Part shown: positions 37,202-47,154 of the stretch, piece after piece
Layout of the letters: each line of letters starts with the position of its first letter
Position numbering within the stretch: the first letter of the stretch is position 1
Origin: Euryarchaeota archaeon UBA256
GTDB taxonomy: Archaea; Thermoplasmatota; Poseidoniia; Poseidoniales; Poseidoniaceae
Direction: 5' to 3'
DNA length: 64,000 bases
Assembly: GCA_002494645.1 (NCBI GenBank)
Contig: DACE01000041.1
Location: forward strand, 4,389-68,388
The notes under the pieces: model-generated
Database searches by the model: none
Told to the model about the DNA's origin: nothing
The model's input: the letters and a program-made list of their open reading frames with translations, nothing else
Translations under genes and position numbers: made by a program

Positions 37202-38812
37202 TCACATTCTAAAGATGCCGTAACGGTCATCGGGCAAGGGGGCATTTCTTGCGGCAGCAAGGCACAAACCGAGCACGTCGCGGGTATCTCTCGGGTCAAT
37301 GATTCCGTCATCCCATAGGCGGGCTGTGGAATAGTAAGGGCTCCCCTCGGTTTCATACTTGTCAAGAATCGGTTTTCTGAATGCTTCAAGCTCTTCGCCC
37401 TGCAAGGGGTCAAGGCCTTCTCGACCTCGTTGATCCTGCTTAACGGTAGTCAGCACATCGGCTGCTTGGGGTCCGCCCATAACCGAGATGCGGCTGTTGG
37501 GCCACATGAAGAGGAAGCGTGGGTCGTAAGCACGGCCACACATGCCGTAATTCCCGGCACCGTGCGACCCACCGACGATGACGGTGAATTTTGGAACGTT
37601 GACACAAGAAACAGCGGTCACCAATTTTGCTCCGTCTTTGGCGATACCGCCTGCCTCGTAATCCTTGCCGACCATGAAGCCGGTGATGTTTTGCAGGAAA
37701 ACGAGAGGAATGCCACGCTGCCCGCACAATTCCACGAAGTGTGCACCCTTGAGCGATGACTCCGAGAATAAGATTCCATTGTTGGCAACAATGCCGACCT
37801 TGTGACCGTGAATGTGAGCAAACCCGCAGATCAAGGTCGTTCCATAGCGGGATTTGAATTCATGGAATCTTGACCCATCGACAACTCGGGCGATGAGCTC
37901 ACGAACCTCAACCGGTGTTCGGTTGTCACTGGGGATGAGGCCGAGAAGGTCCTCCACATCATGTGCGGGGGCTTCAACCTCGGCCATGGCTGCTGGTGCT
38001 TTTTCATTGAATCCAAGGTTCTCGACAACGTTGCGCACCATTCTCAACGCCTCATCTTCGTCTTCTGCGAAATGGTCTGCGACGCCCGATTGGGCAGTAT
38101 GCACATCAGCACCGCCCAATGCTTCCGCAGTGACTTCTTCGCCCGTTGCTGCTTTGACCAGCGGTGGGCCTGCGAGGAAAATGGTTCCATTGCCTTTGAC
38201 GATGATGGATTCATCCGACATAGCGGGGACGTATGCTCCACCTGCAGTACAAGACCCTAGGACTGCAGCGACTTGAGGGATGCCATCGCCCGACATGCGC
38301 GCCTGATTTCGAAAAATTCGTCCGAAGTGGCCAATGTCCGGAAAGACTTCGTCTTGCATCGGCAAAAAAGCGCCTCCAGAGTCGACGAGGTAGATGCACG
38401 GAAGATGGTTCTCGTGGGCTACGGTTTGCGCCCGAATGTGTTTCTTGACGGTCAAAGGATAGTACGAACCACCTTTGACGGTTGCATCGTTAGCCACGAA
38501 AAGGCACTCTCGGCCGTGAACCATACCAAGGCCCGTGACGATGCCAGCAGAATGTGCCCGCCCGTCGTAGAGTTCGTAAGCAGCGAGCGGTGATAATTCG
38601 AGAAAAGCAGTACCCGGGTCAATGATTCGTTCAATGCGTTCACGTGGTAGGTGCTTTCCACGAGAGCGATGACGTTCGACGTATTTTCCACCCCCGCCCT
38701 CGGAGGCTTTGGTCAAGCGGTCCCTTAATTCCTCGAGCAAGGACAGGTTGTGGGCTTTCCGTTGCGCAAACTCAGGGTCAGCACGATTGACCCTCGTTGG
38801 TAATCGGTCCAT
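37202..38812 (-). CDS. acyl-CoA carboxylase carboxyltransferase subunit (methylcrotonyl-CoA carboxylase beta-like)
   Basis: [28 protein letters not shown] and SGGAFLPMQ motifs of the carboxyl transferase family. Alternative start at 38848. Confidence 0.88.
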   Translation of the reverse strand: MDRLPTRVNRADPEFAQRKAHNLSLLEELRDRLTKASEGGGGKYVERHRSRGKHLPRERIERIIDPGTAFLELSPLAAYELYDGRAHSAGIVTGLGMVHGRECLFVANDATVKGGSYYPLTVKKHIRAQTVAHENHLPCIYLVDSGGAFLPMQDEVFPDIGHFGRIFRNQARMSGDGIPQVAAVLGSCTAGGAYVPAMSDESIIVKGNGTIFLAGPPLVKAATGEEVTAEALGGADVHTAQSGVADHFAEDEDEALRMVRNVVENLGFNEKAPAAMAEVEAPAHDVEDLLGLIPSDNRTPVEVRELIARVVDGSRFHEFKSRYGTTLICGFAHIHGHKVGIVANNGILFSESSLKGAHFVELCGQRGIPLVFLQNITGFMVGKDYEAGGIAKDGAKLVTAVSCVNVPKFTVIVGGSHGAGNYGMCGRAYDPRFLFMWPNSRISVMGGPQAADVLTTVKQDQRGREGLDPLQGEELEAFRKPILDKYETEGSPYYSTARLWDDGIIDPRDTRDVLGLCLAAARNAPLPDDRYGIFRM

Positions 38813-38890
38813 CTCCAGCCCTCGTCCTATCCCAAGTGATGGCCGCATATAATGGCATTCAAGCCCTCCATCGGAGGTCTGAGCCTTCGG

Positions 38891-40276
38891 TCAAACACCC
38901 AGCATTAAGCGCCCGATATCTCGCAAGCCCGGTGCAAGCCCAACGATGAGGACGGCTAAAACGATGAGTAGTCTGAAATGTTGCTGACGATGTTCCACCC
39001 GCATTTGTACGAAAAGCCAAACGATGAGGCCAACGAGTACGGCCTTAACCAATGCAAAGAGCCATGCGCCTTCGCCCCACTGGATTCCAATCATGGCATT
39101 GATCTCTCCGCCGTACTGAATCACAGCATTGCTTACAGGGTGCTTTTCGCCATAACCAAAGACATCGATACCGAGCATGGTGGCAAAACCATCTGCAAGT
39201 TGTCCAAAGACCATGCCGAGCACCATCGGGTGAGCGAGCAAGGCTTTGTTGGAAAGGAATTCAACTGGGTGCGATGCCCAACGTTCAGTTTCTTCTTCCC
39301 ACTGTTTGATGGAGATTCCCTCTGGCAATACACCCGCCTTGTAGCCGGTGAGTTTCAATTGCTGGGCATCTTCCCGCCCTGCCACGTACATGAAGTAACA
39401 AATCAAGCCCGGTAGGCCGAGCACAACCCACACAGGCCAGATGGTGATTTCAGTTGAAACCCGAGCGCTTTCCTGGGCCCAAGGAGTTGCAATGAATTGG
39501 AACCAGTGGCCAACGCCAAGGACGAGCGCTGCGCAAGCAAAAGCGAGCATACCTCGGGTAAGGGCAGGCCATGCACGCGTAGCGACCAGCGACATCCACA
39601 ACATCGCCGCTGCTAGGGCTAAGGACGCCAAGGCGATGCCGAAGGAAGACTCTGTATGAGTCACATAGGCGGGCTGGTATAGCCAGTACCAATGGGCGTA
39701 GAGTGCGGCGAAAAGACCGCCGAAAAGAAGCGTTCTTCGTCGTTCTTCAATGCCATCGCCTTCCCGACCGTCCCATCGTCCGACAAGGACGTGAGAAAGC
39801 ATGGCTATCCCGACTAACCAGGCGGCCAGGTGAAGGTGGATGAGCGGTGAGATGAACAACACGTCGTTAGAGGATGAGAAGAAATCAGCGTCTTCGAGGA
39901 CTCGAAGAACGGGTGCGAGGCAGACCCACGCAATGAGCGCCCACGTCATTCGCTCGTCACTGGGTAATTTCCATGACCTGAAGAGGGCTTGGAGTAGAAC
40001 GACACATCCCAGCATGCTGAGCGTGTAAATCGCCGTGTTTTGTGGCGTATATCCAGCGTCCCCTGCAGCGCCAGCGTCTTTCAATACGGGGTCCCAAATG
40101 ATTGGCTTCAAGGTCTCCGTCCAAACGGTGTCGTAAGCAAGAACAAATCCGGCCAAACCCGCCAGAACACCGATGAGGGCGGTCCAAATGATGACCTTTT
40201 CAACGGATGTATATTGGTCGTCGGGGAGTGCAGGGGCGAAGGTTTCGGTTTTGAGTCCCTGCTCTTCGGCTTCCAT
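38891..40276 (-). CDS. polytopic membrane protein, unknown function (C-terminal part possibly DUF63-like)
   Basis: 461 aa, at least 10 hydrophobic helices. The family assignment is only a weak recollection. Confidence 0.45.
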   Translation of the reverse strand: MEAEEQGLKTETFAPALPDDQYTSVEKVIIWTALIGVLAGLAGFVLAYDTVWTETLKPIIWDPVLKDAGAAGDAGYTPQNTAIYTLSMLGCVVLLQALFRSWKLPSDERMTWALIAWVCLAPVLRVLEDADFFSSSNDVLFISPLIHLHLAAWLVGIAMLSHVLVGRWDGREGDGIEERRRTLLFGGLFAALYAHWYWLYQPAYVTHTESSFGIALASLALAAAMLWMSLVATRAWPALTRGMLAFACAALVLGVGHWFQFIATPWAQESARVSTEITIWPVWVVLGLPGLICYFMYVAGREDAQQLKLTGYKAGVLPEGISIKQWEEETERWASHPVEFLSNKALLAHPMVLGMVFGQLADGFATMLGIDVFGYGEKHPVSNAVIQYGGEINAMIGIQWGEGAWLFALVKAVLVGLIVWLFVQMRVEHRQQHFRLLIVLAVLIVGLAPGLRDIGRLMLGV

Positions 40277-40337
40277 GGAACGGCCTCTTGTGTGATTGTA
40301 ATAGGCCTCGTTCTATCGTCCTGCCGCTTTTTTGGAT

Positions 40338-41186
40338 TCACTCTTCTTCTTGTGAAAGACGAGCGATCAGGTCAGCCTTCTTACCGCCAACGGGCATACC
40401 AGCAGCCTTGAGTCGTTCTTTCAACTCTGCAACGGATAGTTTGGAGAGGTCTTCGCCATGGTCGTGATCGTGGTCGTGATCATGATCGTCTTCATCTTCG
40501 ATTCCGAAACCACGTGGTTCGTGGACTTCAATGAATGAAACTTTACCGCACTCAACAGCGTCACGGATGGTGGTGACCAAGCGGAACTTGAGCATAGCAG
40601 CATTGGTGTCAAACAACATGGTCTGGGGGAGCACGATGCTAAGGTCGTCGCCCTCGAAGGAGACGCCGAAGTCACTGTGGCCAGTGTTGGATTCGAGAAG
40701 TGCCATGACTTGCTCTTCCTTGCCTTCAACGACCTTGACGACCTTGAATGAATACTTGAGTTTCTTACCGGCCATCGGGTGGTTGTAATCGATACGGGCA
40801 CGGCCTGCTGCGAGGTAGGAGAGCGTACCTTGACGGTTGTTGATGGTGACTGGTGCGCCAATGTACAGGGAATTGGGGTCTTGAACAGCACGAATCAATT
40901 TGTCAATACTGATGGTTTCAATCTCTTCTGGGTTCTTTTCGCCGTATGCGTCAGCGGGGGCAATGGTCACTTCAATTTCCTTGTTGGGTTTTGCTTCGCC
41001 CAATGCGACTTCAAAGCCTGGGATGAGGTTTCCTGAGCCAACAACGCACACCATCGGCGTGTACTTGCGCCCTTCTTGGTGCATTTCATGTTCCTTTGCG
41101 ACTTCTTCACGGGTTGTTTCGATGAGGTCACCGTTTTCGCCATTGTACAATTCATAATCAACGTGGACAATTGTTCCTTCTTCCAT
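40338..41186 (-). CDS. FKBP-type peptidyl-prolyl isomerase (SlyD-like, with IF insert) fused to a (His-Asp)n tract and a SAP/HeH-like motif
   Basis: FKBP core VVGSGNLIPGFEVALGEAK...IDYNHPMAGKKL. DEDDHDHDHDHDHGED. C-terminal LSKLSVAELKERLKAAGMPVGGKKADLIARL. GGAGGT SD upstream. Confidence 0.85.
   Translation of the reverse strand: MEEGTIVHVDYELYNGENGDLIETTREEVAKEHEMHQEGRKYTPMVCVVGSGNLIPGFEVALGEAKPNKEIEVTIAPADAYGEKNPEEIETISIDKLIRAVQDPNSLYIGAPVTINNRQGTLSYLAAGRARIDYNHPMAGKKLKYSFKVVKVVEGKEEQVMALLESNTGHSDFGVSFEGDDLSIVLPQTMLFDTNAAMLKFRLVTTIRDAVECGKVSFIEVHEPRGFGIEDEDDHDHDHDHDHGEDLSKLSVAELKERLKAAGMPVGGKKADLIARLSQEEE
40449..40496 (-). repeat. short coding repeat (GAY-CAY)n encoding DEDDHDHDHDHDHGED
   Basis: Plus strand shows gtcgtgatcgtggtcgtgatcatgatcgtc. 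Confidence 0.8.
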
Positions 41187-41249
41187 GTTCTAACCTCCAA
41201 GGGGATGATTCGGCGACCAGCCCCCCCTTGATAATTGCATTGGATAGGA

Positions 41250-43784
41250 TTATTCTTCCTCGGCTTGCTTTCCGTCCCCGTTGTTGACACGCCGTGTTGC
41301 CTTTTTCGAGCCTGTGATGGTGACCAAAGCCATGCCTCCCATCATCATCACCCATCCCAGCCATACGGTATGTGAATGCGGTAAAACATAGATGGTGACG
41401 CGAACCAAATCTACTGCTTCGGTATCTTCAGCCTGAACCGTTTGCATCAGGGCATTTGATTGGCTTCCGTCAAAAATAAACACGATATCACCGGCCAAAC
41501 GCGTGAGGGTGTCAACCTCAGAGCGCGGAATGCCCTGCTCGTCAAAGCGAAGCATGCCAGGGCGTACTTCTCCGATTTTTTCGCCTACTGCTTCATCGTT
41601 CATGTCATAGACGTTGATGTAGACGCCGACGAATCCATCACCGACCTCAAAGCCATCTGATTCGAGCGAGAGTTCGGTAAATTCGTAGCCAATGCCGTCG
41701 TGAATGATGATCTCATCTTTGACCAGTGAAAGCCGGTGACTCGCATCACCCCTGTCGACCAGTACCGTAGTTGAAAGGTGGCCGAGCAGCAAGAGCAACA
41801 ACCCAAAGTGGACGATGTGCGCTCCGAAAGGAATGTGCTTGAGTGTGCCTTTAGAGCGGGCTTTGGTTAGGGAACGGCTGACCTCTCTCGCCATGGGAGC
41901 CAACGCGAGGATGAGGGCGGGCAGTGAAACCCAAATGATGTGGCCCCGAGTCAGGCTTCCAGAGATGAGCGTTGAAGCATCTCTGCCAAAACTATCGGCG
42001 AAGAACACGAAGCCAATGGTGGATATCCCAAGGGTGAGTCCAATGAGCATGAGGTTGTCCTTGGGGTCGTCCTTCCGTCGAGTGTAAAGGAAGAAGCACA
42101 ATGCAATCCCGGTCATGAAGGGTGCGCCATAGAGTTCGTGCGCCTCAAAATTGACAGCGTCAATGCTTGCGAGAAGGAGAGCCCAAGTCAACACCAAGTA
42201 GAGGCTAACCAAAATGACACTTCCCCACAAAGCGATGCGTCGTTGCGTTCGTCCATCCAGTAGAGAAACACCTTCCTCCTCCTCTTGATTAGGTGCGAGC
42301 AACCATGGAAGGACGTAGAGTAGCAAGACAACACCCGCTACGGGTAAATTGAGTAATTCAGACCACGCCAAGGACAGCCCCAGGACGACACCAGCTGCAG
42401 CCCAAGGCCAAGCCTCAAGGGCTGAAGGTGCGTAATAGAGCGGTAGGAAGAGCGAGATAAAAGCGAGTGTAATGAACACATCTTGGGTCAGAATAAATAC
42501 TGCAACAGACGCTAAGATGTGAACCGGTGCAGCGGTAAAACCGTGATAAGACCATGCGTTTTCTTCTCGAACTGAACTGGTTTTTGGGCTCGAAGAATAC
42601 GATAGGCCGAGCGGAATGAAGAGGATTCCAAGGAAGGCGACAGGAGGTATACTGGTCCACGACAACCAACCATCACCGTGGAGTAGTAACCAGCCCAGGA
42701 GTCCTGTAGCAACTGGAAGTCCTGTGCCCCAAGCATGTTTCTTTTGCAGTGGAGATGCGGTTGCTTGGCTGCGAAGAACAACAAACCAGCATCCTATCAA
42801 CGTGAACATCCATGTGACATAGACCATGATTTCTGTTGCAGCTCCGTCTGCTTGCAATTGCATCATTCGTCCGAAGACATCGTTTGGAGGCGTACCGCTG
42901 TCGTTGGTCACAAAGGTGTGGATGGAGGATGCCCACACGCCCCCTGCTCGCGTAACCGTTGTCGCAAAAATGGAGAGCAGGGCAGTGAGCAGGGATGCGC
43001 CGATCCAAACATCATCCCTGACCTTGCCCGGCCGAGTGCGCAGGTGAACCATGGCTACCAGTGCCAGCCACGGCAGGAAAGAACCCGTCTCTACTGGGTC
43101 CCAAGCCCAATAGCCACCCCAATCGAGAATGAGGTAAGCCCACAAGCCACCTAAACCAATGCCTAAGGTGGCGGTGAGCAGGGCTGGGCGAGCAATGGTC
43201 AGCATTCGGTCACCCAAGTTCGTTGAGGCTTGTGTGTAGGCTGCTGAGAGGCCAACGGCGCTGAGGTGCAGACACATCGAATAGGTCAGGAAGATGAGCG
43301 GTGGATGAATCACCATGAGGTCCGTCTGAAGGAGTGGGTTCAGCCCATTTCCGGTAAAAAACGCGGGTGTCGCTTTGAAAGGGTCTAAAGAAAACGAAAT
43401 CAGAAGCAATGCGAGGCTCATGCCGTGGGTGAGGCGCAAACGAAGGTCGTGAACGCCACGCTCACTCTGGTCTTCGCCAGCAAAAGGCCTGCGCCACCAC
43501 CAGGAAAGTAAGGCCATCCATCCCAACCACATGAGCAGCGGGCCCTCACGAGCAGCCCAAGTGGCTGCAAAGCGGTACTTGAGTGGTAAATCTGCTCCGC
43601 CAAAAGCTTCGACATGCAGGATTGAGGTGTCGTTGGCCATAAAGAGGTAGGCCAGCGAAAAGAAGGGCAGTGCCAATGCAGAGTGAAGCAGGAATGAAGC
43701 CAATGCAGAGGTTTCGTGCAGCCTCGGCCGAACCAACAATGCGATGATTGCGCCCAGCGCAAGCCAAAGCGTAAGACCCCACAT
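41250..43784 (-). CDS. ccmF: cytochrome c-type biogenesis protein CcmF (system I heme lyase)
   Basis: Trp-rich signature LDWGGYWAWDPVETGSFLPW. About 15 TM helices. C-terminal soluble CcmF_C-like domain. Confidence 0.8.
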   Translation of the reverse strand: MWGLTLWLALGAIIALLVRPRLHETSALASFLLHSALALPFFSLAYLFMANDTSILHVEAFGGADLPLKYRFAATWAAREGPLLMWLGWMALLSWWWRRPFAGEDQSERGVHDLRLRLTHGMSLALLLISFSLDPFKATPAFFTGNGLNPLLQTDLMVIHPPLIFLTYSMCLHLSAVGLSAAYTQASTNLGDRMLTIARPALLTATLGIGLGGLWAYLILDWGGYWAWDPVETGSFLPWLALVAMVHLRTRPGKVRDDVWIGASLLTALLSIFATTVTRAGGVWASSIHTFVTNDSGTPPNDVFGRMMQLQADGAATEIMVYVTWMFTLIGCWFVVLRSQATASPLQKKHAWGTGLPVATGLLGWLLLHGDGWLSWTSIPPVAFLGILFIPLGLSYSSSPKTSSVREENAWSYHGFTAAPVHILASVAVFILTQDVFITLAFISLFLPLYYAPSALEAWPWAAAGVVLGLSLAWSELLNLPVAGVVLLLYVLPWLLAPNQEEEEGVSLLDGRTQRRIALWGSVILVSLYLVLTWALLLASIDAVNFEAHELYGAPFMTGIALCFFLYTRRKDDPKDNLMLIGLTLGISTIGFVFFADSFGRDASTLISGSLTRGHIIWVSLPALILALAPMAREVSRSLTKARSKGTLKHIPFGAHIVHFGLLLLLLGHLSTTVLVDRGDASHRLSLVKDEIIIHDGIGYEFTELSLESDGFEVGDGFVGVYINVYDMNDEAVGEKIGEVRPGMLRFDEQGIPRSEVDTLTRLAGDIVFIFDGSQSNALMQTVQAEDTEAVDLVRVTIYVLPHSHTVWLGWVMMMGGMALVTITGSKKATRRVNNGDGKQAEEE

Positions 43785-43845
43785 GACCCTATGGGGGGGT
43801 GGCGTCCTTCATGGCCTTTGCTTAATCAGCCATGACGAGAAGGCA

Positions 43846-45072
43846 TTACCAGCCAAAGAATTTCGCCCGAGAGTAGCCGAAGGAAAGCAGCACTGGAATC
43901 ACGCGTTTGGTGAATAATATCGGCTTACGAACCAAAATACGTAATCCGATGAATACTTTGTCCAAGGGGCTCATGTTGCCTAATTCATCAGGCAGGCAGC
44001 GAGCCATCGTTGACATTTCATCATCCGTGAGGTTGTACAGGGCAGTCTTGCCTTTGAGGATTTTATGGTAGGGCGGGAATTGTTTTTTCCAGGACCGCTC
44101 ATAGGCCATGAGGCGAGCTTTGCTGAGGTCATTTTCTGCGAGTGCTTTCGCCACGGTTTCTGCGGCTTCACGCCCCGACCATAGGGCAAGATGCGTACCG
44201 CCCTCGAAGAGTGGCGAGGTGAATCCAGCGGCATCTCCGACCAGAACAATTCCTTCATCGGCAGTGGCCGTTCTGGGTCCGGAGATCGGTATTGTTCCAC
44301 CAAAAGGTCGGATTTTGATACCGTCGGGCCGCCATGGCGGATTTGTGGTAGGTTTGTCGGCCAGGTAGGTGTCTTGGATGAAGGATTCAAGGTACTTGAT
44401 GGCGCCTTTTTTATCCGTCGTTACCAATCCTACATTGGCGCGCCCGCCCTCTTTGGGTATCATCCAGACATAGCCATGGGGCGAGTATTTCGGCCACAAA
44501 TAGAAGTCTAAATATCCGTCATTGGGCACGTCCAGCATCTCATATTGGAATCCAGCAATGACTTCGACGTCTCCGCCCATGTCGAGGAGTTTTGCTGCTG
44601 CTCCAGCAACGCCCGAGGCGTCAATGACGGCGCGACATTCCACGGGGAACTCATCTCCCCTTCCGTCAAGTTTCCAATTGGTAAATTGATTTTCGCTATT
44701 GTAGATTCGTTCCATTGAAGTCACGCGATGGTGGAGCAATAATTCAGCCCCTTTATTCACGGCCTCCTCGGTTAGCCACCGTTCAAACAGATGTTTCTCG
44801 AGCACATATCCCTCTTCGGTGAGCAACTTTTCAGTTCCATCAGGAAAGATAACTCGGATGCCCTTGACGTCCAGTGCTTTGACGTGGTCGGGGATCTCTA
44901 AGTCGAGATTTTGAACGGCCAGTTCAGAGAGGCACTCTCCACAATGAACGGGAGTTCCGACCTCTGGGTCTGCCTCTAAAATAAGCGTCGAAAGACCTGC
45001 GCGAGCGCTGTGGAGTGCAGCAGAACCGCCACCAGGGCCAGCTCCAATGACGACGACATCGCAGGTACGCAT
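43846..45072 (-). CDS. geranylgeranyl reductase family flavoprotein
   Basis: FAD motif CDVVVIGAGPGGGSAA. CGECLS and GDAAGFTSPLFEGG motifs. GGAGGAG SD before ATG 45072. Confidence 0.85.
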   Translation of the reverse strand: MRTCDVVVIGAGPGGGSAALHSARAGLSTLILEADPEVGTPVHCGECLSELAVQNLDLEIPDHVKALDVKGIRVIFPDGTEKLLTEEGYVLEKHLFERWLTEEAVNKGAELLLHHRVTSMERIYNSENQFTNWKLDGRGDEFPVECRAVIDASGVAGAAAKLLDMGGDVEVIAGFQYEMLDVPNDGYLDFYLWPKYSPHGYVWMIPKEGGRANVGLVTTDKKGAIKYLESFIQDTYLADKPTTNPPWRPDGIKIRPFGGTIPISGPRTATADEGIVLVGDAAGFTSPLFEGGTHLALWSGREAAETVAKALAENDLSKARLMAYERSWKKQFPPYHKILKGKTALYNLTDDEMSTMARCLPDELGNMSPLDKVFIGLRILVRKPILFTKRVIPVLLSFGYSRAKFFGW

Positions 45073-45159
45073 GCTTCTCCTCCAATGCGAAGAGGTGGTG
45101 GGCGGCACATGAAGAAAACGGTGCTCTCCAACGGAAGGCTCAATCAGATGGTTCAGTGA

Positions 45160-47154
45160 GTGCATACGGAGGTTCAAAGGCGAGAAGCCCTACGGAAGTC
45201 TGTGGCATGGAAGACGTTGAGCCGTTGGATGCGTCATCTCGAGGACCGAGGTGAACTCATTCGTATCCCCCGTCCAGTTGACGTGGTTTACGAGGCGGGA
45301 GCCATTGCCGACCTCCTGGTCAAAAACGACGGGCCTGCAGTCATTTTTGAGCAACCCCGCTTGGCCGATGGCTCCATTTCATCCATACCACTGGCCATGA
45401 ACCTTTTTGGCTCTCACGACCGAACCCTACGGGCGCTGGGTGCAGAGCACGAAACCTCAGTAGGCGACCGAATGGTCGCTATGATGAAGCCAGATATTGG
45501 AGCCATGGTGAAACGTCCCTGGCTCGCTCTTCCGCTGGCACGGGACGCTTTTGCGATGCCGCCCCGAAAAAAGCGAAAGGGAAGAAGTCAGCGTGTTCGC
45601 TTGCCCCTCGACCTCACCAAACTCCCCATTCCGAAAACATGGCCGATGGACGGTGGACATTTTGTCACACTTCCCTTGGTCGTTACGAAAGACCCTGCTT
45701 CGGGTGAGCACAATCTTGGCATGTACCGGGCACAGGTCTTTGGTCCCAAGGAACTTGGCTTGCATTGGCAAATCCACAAGCATGCCGCCGACCACGCAGC
45801 AGCACTCGGCCCCGATGCCAAGATGCCGGTGGCCGTTTGCATTGGCGGGCCACCAGAACTCATCTTTTCAGCGATTTCTCCACTGCCCGATAATCTCTCA
45901 GAATACCAATTTGCGGGCATTCTCGGGCGCTCGTCACTACGCATCACCAAAGCGCTGACACAAGATCTGATGGTACCTGCTGAAGCCGACATTATCATCG
46001 AAGGTTATTGTGTTCCTGGAGAAACCCGAACCGAGGGTCCATTTGGTGACCATTTTGGTTTTTATTCGCTCACCGGGCAGTACCCTGTTCTTCATGTCAC
46101 GGCCATCACATGCAGGAAAGACGCCGTTCTACCAGCCACGATTGTAGGTTTGCCTCCAATGGAGGATGGTTACTTGGGCGAAGCGATTGGTAGGCAATTT
46201 TCACCCGTTCTCCAGTTCCAACACCGCGACGTGCGCTCCGTCCACCTCCCCCTTGAAACTGGATTTCACAACCTCGCCATCGCCGCCTCAAAACAGCGTT
46301 ATCCACGTCAGGCTAGAAAAACAGGAATTGGCTTGCTCGGGGCAGGGCAAATGATGTTTCTCAAAATCATGGCCGTCGTTGATGAAGATGCGAATACGAA
46401 GGATTTGGAACAATTCCTTGACGCCCTCAACGACAAAGTACACATTCCCACGGACATCATTGTCCTCGAAGGAATGGTGGCAGACTCACTTGAGGCTGCC
46501 AGCCCCTACGAAAACGTACATTCCAAGTTGCTCATTGACGCTACGACTCTAGCAAATGCTGATCCAAGAAGCCAACATGAACCACTTGAGGGTTCCTTCA
46601 GCATGCCCGTCCCTGCTTGGCGGCAAGGACTTGAGGACCCTCCGGCATTTGGCAACCTCGCTGGGGTTGAGGCCTTGGAAGATGTTGTACAAGCCCGCAT
46701 GCTGCGTAACAGCATGCTCGTTGTCACAACCCATGTCAGCGGTACGCCGACACCGCTTGATGGCTCGTCGGAATCTGCCGACCAGGCAGAAGAACAACGA
46801 AGAGAACAAATAATTCAATTGAGGAATTCAATTTGGCAATTAGAAGGTTCTGAGAACCTTCGCTGGTTATTCATCACCAATGATGACCTCGATTTGAACG
46901 GTCCGAAAGCCCGTCGTCGCCTCCTTTGGCAACTACCGTCTCGTTTTGATGTCGGAAGGGGACTCACGTTTGACGAGACAAAGCAGCGCCTCTGCTGGGA
47001 TGCGACCACACCCATCCCATCGAAGGCTCACGGAGTGCGTCGTTGGCCAGCCATTACACTTCACAATGAAGAAACACTGGCCAAGGTTGCCAAACATCCT
47101 GAATTAACTAAATACAAATGGCCCCCCCATCTCTCGTTTGTGGGGCCTCAGTGA
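45160..47154 (+). CDS. ubiD: UbiD-family (prenyl-FMN dependent) decarboxylase, long form
   Basis: LEDRGELIRIPRPVD...GPAVIFEQP N-terminus and GPFGDHFGFY motif. An extra segment of roughly 170 aa (acidic/low-complexity) in the C-terminal part relative to about 490-aa UbiD. Exact start uncertain (GTG 45160 or 45202). Confidence 0.82.
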   Translation: MHTEVQRREALRKSVAWKTLSRWMRHLEDRGELIRIPRPVDVVYEAGAIADLLVKNDGPAVIFEQPRLADGSISSIPLAMNLFGSHDRTLRALGAEHETSVGDRMVAMMKPDIGAMVKRPWLALPLARDAFAMPPRKKRKGRSQRVRLPLDLTKLPIPKTWPMDGGHFVTLPLVVTKDPASGEHNLGMYRAQVFGPKELGLHWQIHKHAADHAAALGPDAKMPVAVCIGGPPELIFSAISPLPDNLSEYQFAGILGRSSLRITKALTQDLMVPAEADIIIEGYCVPGETRTEGPFGDHFGFYSLTGQYPVLHVTAITCRKDAVLPATIVGLPPMEDGYLGEAIGRQFSPVLQFQHRDVRSVHLPLETGFHNLAIAASKQRYPRQARKTGIGLLGAGQMMFLKIMAVVDEDANTKDLEQFLDALNDKVHIPTDIIVLEGMVADSLEAASPYENVHSKLLIDATTLANADPRSQHEPLEGSFSMPVPAWRQGLEDPPAFGNLAGVEALEDVVQARMLRNSMLVVTTHVSGTPTPLDGSSESADQAEEQRREQIIQLRNSIWQLEGSENLRWLFITNDDLDLNGPKARRRLLWQLPSRFDVGRGLTFDETKQRLCWDATTPIPSKAHGVRRWPAITLHNEETLAKVAKHPELTKYKWPPHLSFVGPQ

